A stretch of 64,000 bases of DNA from Octopus sinensis (taxonomy: Eukaryota): the NCBI RefSeq assembly GCF_006345805.1, contig NC_043017.1, positions 17,484,001-17,548,000 on the forward strand. Reading direction: 5' to 3'. Position numbers and translations under genes: made by a program. The notes beneath the pieces were generated by a model. That model did no database searches and was not told the origin of the DNA. It was given only the letters and a program-made list of their open reading frames with translations. This document shows, in pieces, positions 46,957 to 57,959 of this stretch (the first letter of the stretch is position 1; each line of letters begins with the position of its first letter).

Positions 46957-49900
46957 ATGTATGTATATTTATATTTTCTTTAACATTAATTGTGTTGACA
47001 AGCATTTATATGTATTTCTGTATGTAGATATATATAGATTTATGTATTGTGAATATAATTTTTTTTATACAGAAAACCTTAACAAGTCATTTGCAGACGT
47101 TGTGTTTGGCTGAAAATGTTGTGACCAAAGCTTCTGAAATATCCGACCTAGTGACATATTACAACGGAGATGTCAGATCCTGCCTGTTAGCTCTCCAGTT
47201 CTGGGTAAACTCGGGTGCTTCTGGCTTTCCAGTCAATATACCTCTATCACATGTCAGTTGCAGCAACCCTTCTTCACTTACTGACAACAGCAGCGAGCCC
47301 AAGTCTGATGCCGTTCACACTGAAAATTCCAAGGAAGTTGCGGATAAACAGCTGGAATTAAAGGACAATGATGATGTTTCCAAAGAAGAATTTGCTGCCC
47401 ATTTACATTTCTTGGAGAGTTATTTGGCTCTAGATCCAGTTCAGTTGCAGTTGTTGCACCTTGAAAATAAAACATCAAAGGTATTTAGAACCTTCAAATT
47501 GATAATTATAAAAAGACATTAGCCTAGTTATTGTTGTTTAATTACAGGTCAAATGTGATTGAACAGACCTGAGTAGATCAAAAGTATTCCATTTCAACAA
47601 TGACCATCTGGTTACATTTTGCAGTTGTTGCTTGTGTAGTTGAAAAGTTCACTTCCCAACAACATGGTTTTGGGTTCAGTCCCACTGTGTAGCACTTTGA
47701 ACAAGTGTTTTCTGTAGCCCTAGGCCAATAAAAGACTTGTGAATGGATTTGGTAGACAAAAACTTAAGGAAACTCATGTGTGTGTCTTAGTATCTCTTTG
47801 CCTTCACAGAATATGATGGTTGTAAATGAGTTTCACCTTCATACAAGTGGTATCTTTCATTTCCAATCTTCCATGGAAAAAATGTCTAGTCTTGGAAATA
47901 ATAACTTGCTTGGAAACAATTGAGAGTTGTTGACAGTAATGAATCCAGCCATAAAATATTGTCTTCAGCGAATTCTATCCGACCTGTGCATGGAAAAGGG
48001 GACATTAAAATGATGATGACAATTATGTCTGGGACTTCGTTATCCAAGGTAGCCTTTCTTTTAATACATAGGGTTTTATTGAAACAAAATTTTTGGCTGC
48101 TTGTAATCAAATAGTGATTTCCTTGTTAGCTCCTATAAACAGTACCAGTAAACTAGTGGAGTTGATTTAAACAGCTATTCCCAACACCCCATAAAAATAT
48201 TTAACTGTGTACCTATTAGTACATAATTATTATTATTAAGCAAAATAATTTCCTTCCATTTTTTTGTGTGTCACATGGTCATGCTGGGGCACTACTGTCA
48301 TCATCATTGTCATTTGTATTGGCAGAACCATTAGAGCATTTGTCATAATTCTTTGTTGTATCTATTCAATGATAGCTCTTTACACATTCTGAGTTTGAAT
48401 CCCTCCAAGGCCAACTTTGTTTCATCCTCTTTGGGGTGGGGGTCACTAAATTAGGAGAAAAGTACAGGAATTCATTTAATCACTTGTCCTCAAAATCCTC
48501 TCCCACTATATTTCTGGCGTTTTTGTCTGTATCAGAAATTAGTGTTATTGTTCATTGAATTTGTGTAATTGTTAGTGATGGGACCATATATCTTGTATTT
48601 AGTTTGTTCCTTTACCTTCTGTGTTCAAATTGCACCAAAGCCAACATTGCTTTTCATCCTTCTGGGGCTTGGTAAAATATAGTAACAATCAAATATTGAG
48701 ACTGATTTGATTGATTGTGTACTTTCCCTAAGTTTGTGTTGTACTAATGTTTGAAATTTTATTTTTTTGCAGACTCCCATTGATGTAAACCAGCTGGATA
48801 ACTTAACTCAGGCGTGCCAACATTGTTATTCACAGAATTTTTATTTATGCCGTCAACTATTTCTTTCTCTACTTTCCTTATCTCAAACAAAATTACCTCC
48901 ATTCAACCTCAGCTTACATGCCTTAAAAAAGGTTACAAAATCCGATGTGCCAGAGGCCACACAAAGGTTAAAAAGTGATTTATATGACAGCGAAACATCC
49001 TGTGATGATGTCATCTGTCCAACTGTTAAAGAACAGAGTTGTAGAACAGACAGAAATGACATTAAACCACTTGGAAACTCTTCTGAAGAACGTATCATTG
49101 TTAATAATTCCATGGAAGATAATGATTTAGAACTTCATCAGCAAACTTCTCCCCTTGATGAGAACACAACACTTCCATCACAGGAAAGTTCTGATTGGAA
49201 AACTCTTGGAGGTATTACCAAATTCTATGACCGTTGCTCCGACATAGATATATTTTTAACTTCTTGTTCACCAGATCCTTCTGTCAATTCTAATACTCTG
49301 AGATCTGTTAATTGCCACAGTTCACTTTCTCCAGGATTATGGGATGAATTTCCAATCCTAAGCAATGAGCTTCGCCACTCTCAGACATTTACAGAACACA
49401 CAGCTGATATCGCTGCCCATATGGAAGTGAGGTCATACTTGAAATGTCGGCAAGATGTGGCTTCCTCCACCTGCACTGCTGATTTGAAACAGCTGCAGCA
49501 AAATACATCAATGTCTACTTCTCAACACCACTCAGAGTTTGTCGAACCACCACAGCAACAAGACCGGAGGTTAGTTTTGCCAATTTTATTAATTTTTGCC
49601 ATTATTATTGTCAGGTGAGTAACAGCAACTCATCATCATCATCATTTAACGTCCGTTCTCCATGCTAGCATGGGTTGGACGGTTCAACTAGGGTCTGGGA
49701 AGCCAGAAGGCTGCACCAGGCCCAGTCTGATCTGGCAATGTTTCTACGGCTGGATGCCCTTCCTAATGCCAACCACTCCGTAAGTGTAGTGGGTGCTTTT
49801 TACGTGCCACCAGCACAGGTGCCAGACGAGGCTGGCAAACGGCCAAGATCGGATGGTGTTTTTTACGTGCCACCGGCTCGAGGGCCAGGTGAAACTGGCA

Positions 49901-52688
49901 ACGGCCACGATCGGATAGTGCTTTTTACGTGCCACTGGCATGGAGGCCAGTCGGGGTGGTGCTGGCAACGGCCACGTTCGGATAAGACTGTGTCTGACAC
50001 AAGTGAGAAAGAAAAATTGCTGATCCTTCAAGTGTAAAATTCTTCAGGTTTCAAAGCAAAGAAGCACTCAATATCATTTTTAATCTCCTCAAAATTAATA
50101 TTCTGTTTCCCCTTTAAACCAGTGGTTCTCAACGATTTTTCTTTTATTGACCTCTTTGATTCTTATTTTACTTGGATAGACCCCCATTAACCATTCATCA
50201 TTATCAAACGTCTGTTGCCCATGCTGGCAGGGGTTGGACGGTTTGGCCAGGGCTGGCAAACTGGAAGGCTGCACTTGACTCCAGTCTGATTTGGCATGGT
50301 TTCTACAGCTGGATGCCCTTCTTTATGCCAACCACTCCAGGAGTGTAATGGGTTTTAAATGTTTTAAAAAAATCCTGTCATATTTTTATAATTAAATATT
50401 ATAAGGAATTTTATTAAAAAAAAATTGTGAAAATATTTTGTGTATTATCGAAGTATAATCAGTTTATTGCACATGAATTTTAATAACAAAACCTTATATG
50501 GACCCTGGTTGAGAAACATTGCTCTGAAAATGTGATAGTTAGATGGAGCAAGGTCAGGTGGACATGTTGAAACTTGCATATTTAGTGTCATAGTCTTTTT
50601 CTGAATATGTGATTTTTGTATTACTATGTAAGAACAACACCCTGCTGGGTGCTTTTTCGACAGGCAACCCTTTGATTTAGCTGAGAAGCAAAGTCAGATG
50701 ATGAGGACCCACTGATCATGCTTTACCCTTTAGCATTCAAACTGGAAAAAAAAAAAAAAACCTAATGATTTTGTCTCCTGGAGAAGACTGTGACTAGGTC
50801 CAATCTCTTGAGAAAAGTCAATTAGAAAAACAGTTTTTAAACTTTGTTCCATTCACATACAAATCCATTTTCTTTGTCACTGTCTGCGTTATCATTGGAA
50901 TCACTTTCACTTTCGGCAATAGAAATACCTGATTCCTACTCACACATTTGCTGTACCTTTTGCTTGATTTCCCCATATTTTTGGTCAAAAATCCTTCAAA
51001 TTCTGATTCACTACTTGACAATATGAAACTGGTATCCACATTTTATCAGTATTAAAAAATTTTCAAAAAAAATCAATATAAAAAAAATGTGTGAAAAAAA
51101 ATCTCGAAAAATTCACAGCTGTTAGATACTGTAACTCAATAGTTTACATAGTGAAATTGTGTTTCCATGAATGTACTAATTTGTTGATATTCTCATTTAA
51201 ATTTGACTAGGTTAATGCAGCCAGTTTCACGTGCTTTGGTATAGAAAAGGTTAAAGCTTCATCTTCAAAGATAGAATGAATGTTTCTTGTTTTATTATTG
51301 AAGAACCCCTTTTGAATTAACACAGCATGCAGTGTCTGATATAAGTCTAATCTAAATTCATTTCAAAAGGGTAAAATCAAGGAGTAAAAACATGAATTAA
51401 ACCACTGTGGTATAAAATAGTCTGTGAAGGAAAAAAGACATTAGAATGTAAAAATTAATACTTATTTTACCAGAAGTATTAAAAAGGTACCTCTAAAGTG
51501 ATCATGTCAAAAATTCAACAGAGATTTCTTTACAACCTAATACATGGTAGTGTATTCTTAATTCATGAACTTTTATGGTAATTAAGTTTCCAATTTGTAA
51601 TCATTTTTTTTTATTTTTTATTCACAGTGTTTCTTTAGCTCGGCAGAAAGCTGTAGAAAATGTCATCCACAGTCTTCCAATGAACCAATCTCTAAATTCC
51701 AACCTGATCTTTTTGGATTATTTTCCTGTACTTCGAAACATCTGTCGTACAGAGAAGCATCGACAATTGGCTAAAGTGAAACGAAGGTATTCTGTGTCTC
51801 TTTTCGTTCTATATATTGTTTTCATTCATTGGACTGTTGTTAAGCTGGTGTCACTACCTTTTAACCCTTTAGCATTTAAACCTGCCATACCAGGCCCAAA
51901 TACGTTCAGACTAACCAGATCTGACTTTGCACACCTATCCTACAATGTCATTCTAAAAATAATCAATCACATCATCAAAATTTCAAAGCTCCAACGTAAT
52001 TACACAATTAATTCAAAACAATTTGATTATACAGGCATTGCATTTGACAGAATAATCTGAATGCTAAAGGGTTTTAGTCAATGACCTAAATATATATATT
52101 TCATTCTGGTATTTTATTGACCTCTAATTTATTAATTAAATTATAGCTGCTGATGTTATGGGATGCTACTCAGTGCTTTGATTTTACTGTCATTCCTAAA
52201 CATTGGCATATGTACACATCAACATCATCATTTCAGCATCCACCTTTCTATGCTTGTATGAATCAGATGGAATTCATTGAGGCAGATTTTGTACAGCCAG
52301 CTGCCCCTTCCTGTTGCCAACCCTCACTCATTTCTAACACGTCCAATACATCTTGTACTGGACATGTCTCCATCGAAGGACATCTTTTATGATGGTGATC
52401 CTTGTTTACAGTTATTACACAATGTTAAGAAAAACACACACATACACACTCCTTCATGTACATCTATACATATATAACAGGTATAAGGCTTTGGTTGGCC
52501 CAAGACTATAGATGGAGGCATTTGCCCAAGATACCATGCAGTGGAACTGAACCCAAAGCAATGTGGGGGATTAGGAACAAAATTGATGAGAGGAGGAGAT
52601 ATGAAGACGGGGAGCAGGAAGCCAACCGGCTCTGAGGAGCAGAGGCCATTATTGGTTATGAATTTTGGCACAAGACCAGCAACTTCAG

Positions 52689-52719
<31 letters not shown>

Positions 52720-53155
52720 TAAGTCAACCACATCAACTGCTACTAATTTTAATGACCCCAAAAGGATGAAAGGCAAAGTCAACCTCAAAGGAATTTGAGC
52801 TCAGAACATAAAGATGGATGAAATAGCACTGAGCAGTTTTTGCCCAGTTTCCTATTTACGGTACTGCTGGGTTCCTGCCATTTTCTAGTAATTCAGAGCA
52901 AACATGTAGTGGCTTGTTTTATGTTTCTTATTTCAGCAAAACATATTTACAACACTCATTCATTAACGTTAAAAACAAACTTATGTTATATTGATGCCAG
53001 TTATTTTTATAAATATCAAATCACCAATTTTCTTTTTTAACAATTTCTTTCTTCTCTCTCTCTTTTCTATTGGCAGATTCTTTCATTATTTTGACAATAT
53101 CAATTTACAATTGAAGGAATCAACACTGAATATTTTATCATCTGACTTTACGTGA
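27418..53155 (+). CDS. ATAD5: ATAD5 / ELG1, large subunit of the PCNA-unloading RFC-like complex (17 coding exons, 5493 nt, 1830 aa)
   Basis: Spliced model with all phases consistent. It has a long low-complexity N-terminus, LWTEKYQP, Walker A GPQGIGKT, VFEVNASSVRSGKKIL..LQEATQSHQV, Walker B SLILFDEVD, TKRPIILT and a C-terminal RFFHYF...SSDFT*. Confidence 0.95.
27887..28105 (-). mobile_element. Inverted, about 95% identical copy of the 26188-26405 MITE
   Basis: Manual alignment shows about 10 differences in 218 bp. Confidence 0.85.
28669..30572 (+). CDS. ATAD5: ATAD5 coding exon 2 (1904 nt, S/K-rich N-terminal region)
   Basis: 634-aa ORF; long pyrimidine tract + ttag acceptor; CA|gtgagt donor. 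Confidence 0.92.
28927..29031 (+). repeat. 30-bp coding minisatellite in ATAD5 (SSMDKNSPEA x2 + degenerate units)
   Basis: agttctatggataagaatagtcctgaggcc repeated exactly twice, then degenerate. Confidence 0.85.
32540..32606 (+). CDS. ATAD5: ATAD5 coding exon 3 (SVRKGVKKSKASPSEDRTVEAE)
   Basis: tttgcag acceptor, GAA|gtaagt donor; phase 2 to 0. Confidence 0.85.
33113..33422 (+). CDS. ATAD5: ATAD5 coding exon 4
   Basis: tttgtcag acceptor, G|gtaatg donor. Confidence 0.88.
33662..33752. repeat. (AT)n microsatellite (others: (CA)n about 1697-1740 and 56331-56370, (AAT)n about 10676-10716, (AG)n about 52690-52716, (TA/TG)n about 57339-57450)
   Basis: Direct inspection. Confidence 0.95.
34243..35092. 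mobile_element. Tc1/mariner-derived foldback element (about 350-375-bp inverted arms, about 120-bp spacer)
   Basis: Arms 34243-34618 and 34741-35092 are reverse complements. The interior encodes a transposase remnant WFQQDGATDHTARETM...LDFFL. Confidence 0.85.
35262..35650 (+). CDS. ATAD5: ATAD5 coding exon 5 (GKLAPIFMKK...RRAFLMSGLPE)
   Basis: catgtag acceptor (atypical upstream tract), AAG|gtttgt donor; phase 1 to 0. Confidence 0.85.
36937..37096 (+). CDS. ATAD5: ATAD5 coding exon 6
   Basis: ttttcag acceptor, G|gtaagt donor. Confidence 0.88.
37162..37580. mobile_element. 419-bp MITE with GGATC termini and an 8-bp TSD (Merlin- or hAT-like)
   Basis: TIR ggatctttttcggtttgaccggcagttttt / aaaaactgccgttcaaaccgaaaagatcc; TSD caaatttt at 37154-37161 and 37581-37588. 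Confidence 0.88.
38250..39128 (-). mobile_element. Internally deleted Penelope-like element (RT fragment + Cys motif + GIY-YIG endonuclease)
   Basis: RT: FDVSMGSYDGAGICDLIGL...YKDN. Cys motif CSCRDKNLCSLNGAC. Endonuclease: IIYEATV...YVGFTE..FKARFNNH...CGLC..E...LNSRTEL. Confidence 0.85.
39416..39595 (+). CDS. ATAD5: ATAD5 coding exon 7
   Basis: gctag acceptor, G|gtgagt donor. Confidence 0.85.
40774..40953 (+). CDS. ATAD5: ATAD5 coding exon 8 (CDILWTEKYQP; RFC box II)
   Basis: tttccaag acceptor; non-canonical AAG|gcaaga donor required for phase. Confidence 0.88.
42013..42182 (+). CDS. ATAD5: ATAD5 coding exon 9 (Walker A GPQGIGKT)
   Basis: cttttcag acceptor, CAG|gttggt donor. Confidence 0.92.
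42484..42613 (+). CDS. ATAD5: ATAD5 coding exon 10 (VFEVNASSVRSGKKILTRLQEATQSHQV)
   Basis: tttgcag acceptor, G|gtaaag donor. Confidence 0.93.
42880..43830 (-). mobile_element. Degenerate LINE (RTE-like) 3' fragment
   Basis: KEWTGKSL...WWQFV resembles the RTE C-terminal W..I.EWTG motif; heavily decayed. Confidence 0.5.
44161..44337 (+). CDS. ATAD5: ATAD5 coding exon 11 (VPNAPLKNLDAPSFSTFFK...)
   Basis: ctctttcag acceptor, T|gtgagt donor; not in the ORF track. Confidence 0.85.
44846..45015 (+). CDS. ATAD5: ATAD5 coding exon 12 (...STSLILFDE; Walker B)
   Basis: aattag acceptor after a T tract, GAA|gtaagt donor. Confidence 0.9.
46099..46257 (+). CDS. ATAD5: ATAD5 coding exon 13 (VDIVFEEDKGFW...TKRPIILTS)
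   Basis: aatttcag acceptor, AGA|gtaagt donor. Confidence 0.93.
46704..46907. repeat. 54-bp-arm inverted repeat containing GAAACATATGTC
   Basis: 46704-46757 vs 46854-46907, 6 mismatches. Confidence 0.8.
47073..47480 (+). CDS. ATAD5: ATAD5 coding exon 14 (LQTLCLAEN...GDVRSCLLALQFW)
   Basis: tttatacag acceptor, AAG|gtattt donor. Confidence 0.92.
48773..49569 (+). CDS. ATAD5: ATAD5 coding exon 15
   Basis: 283-aa ORF; tttttgcag acceptor, AG|gttagt donor. Confidence 0.9.
50120..50521. mobile_element. hAT (Charlie-type) MITE with a nested SINE fragment
   Basis: TIR cagtggttctcaac / gttgagaaacattg. Confidence 0.6.
51628..51786 (+). CDS. ATAD5: ATAD5 coding exon 16 (LDYFPVLRNICRTEK)
   Basis: ttcacag acceptor, AG|gtattc donor. 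Confidence 0.92.
51864..52073 (+). mobile_element. piggyBac-type MITE copy (further copies about 6535-7060 split by a SINE, about 46356-46505, about 59385-59603)
   Basis: ttaacccttagcatttaaac...aatgctaaagggtt termini. Confidence 0.75.
53077..53155 (+). CDS. ATAD5: ATAD5 last coding exon (FFHYFDNINLQLKESTLNILSSDFT*)
   Basis: ttggcag acceptor; stop TGA at 53153-53155. Confidence 0.92.
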
Positions 53156-53457
53156 TAGGAACCATATATTGTTGTTTTCAAATTCTTGCTCTTCTATCTC
53201 TGGAATGGATCACAGAGCAGAAGCTGCTGGAATCACTCCATATAATTACTGTATCATATTTTAATGATAAATTACTCTTCATGTTTGATCATTGTTCAGT
53301 CTTTCCTTTCTTTATTTCATCTTTTTTTTTATTATTTAAACCCAGTTCCTTTCACTTCTCATATGGATACATAAAAACAGACAGGGTTGTACACATTTAA
53401 TTTTAATTTTATTTGTCAGTAATCAGATCTGGTTCAGAAATGGCTGTCTTTTCTTAA

Positions 53458-53463
53458 AATAAA
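53458..53463 (+). terminator. Candidate polyadenylation signal for ATAD5
   Basis: AATAAA about 300 nt after the stop, followed by U-rich sequence; common by chance in this DNA. Confidence 0.3.
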
Positions 53464-54371
53464 AAATACCATTGTCAATTATTGTTCATTTAAAATGATT
53501 TGGATCTTTTCTATTCGACTTCACTTTTTTAAATTTTAAAATTAAGTGAAAATTTTCAGATTTGGTATATTGATGTAATTTTGCATGCTGAATCTAATGG
53601 TTGTTATTCACTTGTTCCAGGCTTAAAGTTTGATAATTTTTACCCAATCAGAAATAGGATTTGGAAGCTGTCATTTTGTGCATGATGACAACATTACAAC
53701 AAGTATTCATTGATGAAAGTTTTAATAAGTTTTAATGAAGAAAGTCATGTGAAATGTTGGAATAAGCATGTAATAAGAAAATTTATCAAAAGAAATTAAA
53801 CTGAATGTTAAATTACAAAAATATACTGTAGTTAGTTCATGTAAACAATATATATTTTGTAGCAGGAACAAAATTATGAAAAAACAAGCTGTTCATGTAA
53901 TAATTGAACCATTGGAAAAGGCAGCCAGATCTCCCAAAGAACTCCCTAACATCGTAAAATAAGGAAGGACATACTAGATTGTGGTAGAACTAGATAACTT
54001 TAAAATTGTGGGACATGCGGCATTAGAATGCTTCTTCTGATCAACTGCAACCTCCTTGGTTTTCAATTTCTCAACCGTATATGAAAGGTTACACAAATTG
54101 GTAACAGACAGCTAAGCAAACTATGCAACAACTTGGCTTGTTACCAAGGAAACAAGGCACTAGTATATCTGCAGCTTTTGACCGGCTAAAATTACTCAAA
54201 CTTTGCAAACTATCAAAGCTATTAACTTTCTATTTATTAATTTAAGGCAAAAATGAATTTCATTTCCATAATCAGCCCCAAATATACATCAATGCACTAA
54301 ATTTAAAATTAATAGTAACAAAATGGAAGGAATTGAAAAGTGAAAGTCAAACAGAAAAGACATGAAAAACA

Positions 54372-54605
54372 GGCATATGGTGTAGTGGTTAAGACCATGT
54401 GGGCTACTAACCCCAAGATTCCGAGTTCGATTCCAGGAAGTGACCTGAATAATAATAATAATATTGAAAAATACCTTAGGAATGACACCCCAGATTCGAA
54501 GATTCCCCAAGACACCTGATGAAGGCTGGAGGATATATCAGCCGAAATGTTGTGTTAACAACAAACAAGATGACAAATATCCATAAAATGTAAATAATGT
54601 AGATA
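54372..54605 (+). mobile_element. tRNA-headed SINE-like repeat carrying a hammerhead fold
   Basis: A-box TGGTGTAGTGG, B-box GTTCGATTCC (54425-54434), (AAT)n spacer, then CTGATGA...GAAA core. Confidence 0.75.
54511..54556 (+). ncRNA. Putative minimal type-I hammerhead ribozyme (probably degenerate in this copy)
   Basis: Stem I GACAC/GTGTT, core CTGATGA, one extra A, stem II GGCTG/CAGCC, GAAA, then T-GTT (AATGTT, one C>T away from the palindrome AACGTT). Confidence 0.55.
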
Positions 54606-55429
54606 ATTGAGAAAGATTTGACTATTATTTCTGGCTATTTGAATGACGACATAGAAGTTCCCTCATTTACTCATAATTAGCCCATGTGCCCAAAAAGAGT
54701 AGAATGACAGCTTCCTTGGAATTAATAGGAAAATGAACATGTTAACACTCGAAGATTAAACATGACAGCTTGACATACTCTTTTAGCCCTTGACCAGCCT
54801 TGATGAAGCAGAACATAGATGAAAGATATTTCTCTTTATTTCATATATAATTTATATATATACATACATACATATATATATACATACATATATATATATA
54901 TCACCATGACCGACCAGGCTATCAGATGTTGCTACACATCGCTGGTCACATTGCACTTCGCATTGTTTTAGCCTTCAAATGACGCCATCCCGCTGGCTAA
55001 GCGAGCAGGCCAAAAGAAAGAGTGAGAGAAAGTTGTGTCAAAAGAGTACAGCAGGAATTGCCACCACCCCCTGCCGGAGCCTCATGGAGCTTTAGGTGTT
55101 TTCGCTCAATAAACACTCACAACGCCTGGTCTAGGAAACAAAACCGCTATCCTACAACCACGAGTCCTCTGCCCTAACCTATATATATATATATCATCAT
55201 CATCATCATTTAATGTCTGTAATCCATTCTGGTATAGGTTGGACTATTTGACAGGAGCTAGCCAGCTGAACTGCCTGGGCTCTATTTCTGTTTTGGCATG
55301 GTTTCTATAGTTGGATGCCCTTCCTAACACCAAGCACTTCACAGAGAGTACTGAGTAATTTTTCACTGCACCAGCACCCACAAGCCTGCAAGATGGGGGT
55401 CATTCAGCTGAAAAGGGATGCAGTGACAA

Positions 55430-56320
55430 CTATGATTTTACTTAGCTTGATGTGCCTTTTCAAGCACAGCAAACCTCCAGGAGTCACAGTCCCTTGTCAT
55501 CCCTTTGTGAAGCCCAGTATCTGAAGAACCTTTCTCATCTTCCACATCTTACCAGGTCTACACTTTCCAGACATTCCCTTCACAGTTAGAGATTGGCGTT
55601 TGATGATGCATCTGTCTTCATTCATATGCAATACACGATTGCACCAGCAGTCTTCTCTCTTACAAACTACGTCTGATGCCTTGTATACCCAGTTTTTCTC
55701 TCAAACCACTGACATTACCCATCCAGCAGAGCATACTGGTTTCATTTCTTTCAAGCCTTCGTATATCCTCAGTAGTCGCAGCCCATGCCTCACCGCCATG
55801 TGGCATAGCTGTTCGTACAGAGGCATCATACAATCTGCCTTTCAGCCTATTCTTATTCTATCAGCTTTGGTTTCGGACAACCTCCACCACTGCTAACTTG
55901 GTCGCCTAAGTAACAGAAACTGTCTACAATTTTAAGGATCCCTCCTGACATTTGGGTAAGTCTATTTTTTGTACATTCCATGTGTTTAATATACCTACAT
56001 ACCTACCACATGTAAAGATTACTTTTTCTGTTAATCTTCTAGTGATATCACTCATCTTTTATGTGTCTATAGCTGGCACTGGGTACACTGTATGTAATTT
56101 CTATTGACACCTTTTCTACATATCAAGTAAAGCCATCTCCCTGGAGGGATATGTGATTTGTCTGTTTTCCTACTTATTAGGACTTGGGTCTTTGCTAAAT
56201 TAACTCTGATTCCAGACCTTGCTTCCATATCTGAAATTTCTTCTCTAATTCTGGTAGTGATTCAGCAATAAGAACAAGGTCATCAGCATAGAGGAGCTCC
56301 TCTACACCAATGACCTTGTC
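55430..56320 (-). mobile_element. RTE-like LINE reverse-transcriptase / 3' fragment
   Basis: ELLYADDLVL at about 56270-56300 (YADD at 56279-56290); degenerate downstream RT sequence. Confidence 0.75.
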
Positions 56321-56329
56321 CTTACGCAT

Positions 56330-56372
<43 letters not shown>

Positions 56373-56843
56373 GTTCAGCAGCTACATAGAGATTATGTTA
56401 ATGGTTTTTTATAGCCTGTTTGGTTACTGTTTGTGTAACACTATTTTTATGCTTGTTCGGGCAAACGACCATTACATCATATTATCACCTTTTACGACTT
56501 GCTACAGGTTCACTAAGCCCAAAGAAGCAGATTTATATATATATCCAGATATAATAATAATAATATTAGGGAATAAATTATTATTCCAACCTTACAGGTA
56601 AAATTCAGTATAATAGTATTATACCGAATTTCATAATATATAATATAATTCTATTTTGTATGTTATATGTCTCATAGCATGGTTTTGGACAGGTTCTTCA
56701 TTGACTGAGTTGTGAAATGGTGGTTCGTCTCTAAATTAGTTATATATCCAGATATATATATATATATATTAAATACAAAAATGGGACAAAAATACATAGA
56801 TGTGTATGTGTGTATATATATATATATATAATTATATACATTG

Positions 56844-56881
<38 letters not shown>

Positions 56882-57959
56882 CAGTTGTATACTGTCAACT
56901 TAGCGTGACAGTCCCATAAAGGGAATCACACCACTGCTATTTAGCCCTAGGAAGCATCAATGCTTCCTGTCGGCCTTGACACATTTCCTGTGTCCTTATG
57001 TTTACAAGGGGGAGACAAGCACCCCCACCCAGCTAAGCCTGCACCCAGAGACTAGTTTCTGAGTCTTGCTTGTCATCAGTCTGGAGTAGCATGGCTTGCT
57101 TTTCCCTTTATTATAGGCACAAGGCCTGCACACAGAGGGGGACATACAAAAACATGCAGGGACATAAAAACGAATGGAATGAATATAATTATGAAAATGA
57201 AATGAATGATAAAGCAATTGCTAAGATATGCATACTTTCTCTTTAAGAGTCATGTTGGTCCTCTCATGACTCAGGTTTGAGTCCCTTTTTTGTTTCAGCT
57301 GTCTGGATGTTTGGCATTCTTGTCCCATTTTGTATTTTATATATATATATATATATGTATATGTATATATATATATGTATATGCATATATATATGTATAT
57401 ATATATATGTGTGTATGTATATATATATGTATATGTGTGTATATATATAGTGGCGTATGTACACTTTGGTCTCTTATATGTAAGTAAATATTTATCTAAA
57501 TCTTGTACGACTATTCTTTCTATTCTTTCCTTCTTTCCATCAGCCCTTTCATGCTTACTTCATTCAATCCACTCTTCGTTCTTTTGTTCCCCCTCTATCA
57601 CATTTCCTTGCCTTCTCTTCATGCTCACTTTCCCTCTTTTCACTTCCCTGTGTCCCTGTCATTTTTTCCCACCCTTCCGTATTTCTTCTGTCCCTCTGCC
57701 CCTACCTCTCTCTCTTCTCTCCCCATGTGACTGGTGTTCAGCCAAGCCTGACCTTTCTTTCTTGGTTCAGTTACTGTCTGTGCAACATCTATCTTCCTTC
57801 CTGTGCCTGTAAAATCTTGTATCCCTGCCGTAACACTTTACTTCCATATACGCCAGCTTAATTTAATTCGTCCTTAGTCGAAAGACACCTGTTGTCATGT
57901 CCTATTATTTGTAGTTGTGTAACATTCAGTTTTTTTTTTTCTGTCCTTGTTTTTGTATA

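Noticed and set aside
57500-57780. Long pyrimidine-rich tract with ORFs (also 2760-2870, 35670-35830)
   Set aside because: Low-complexity sequence; could form triplex DNA but nothing specific supports a function
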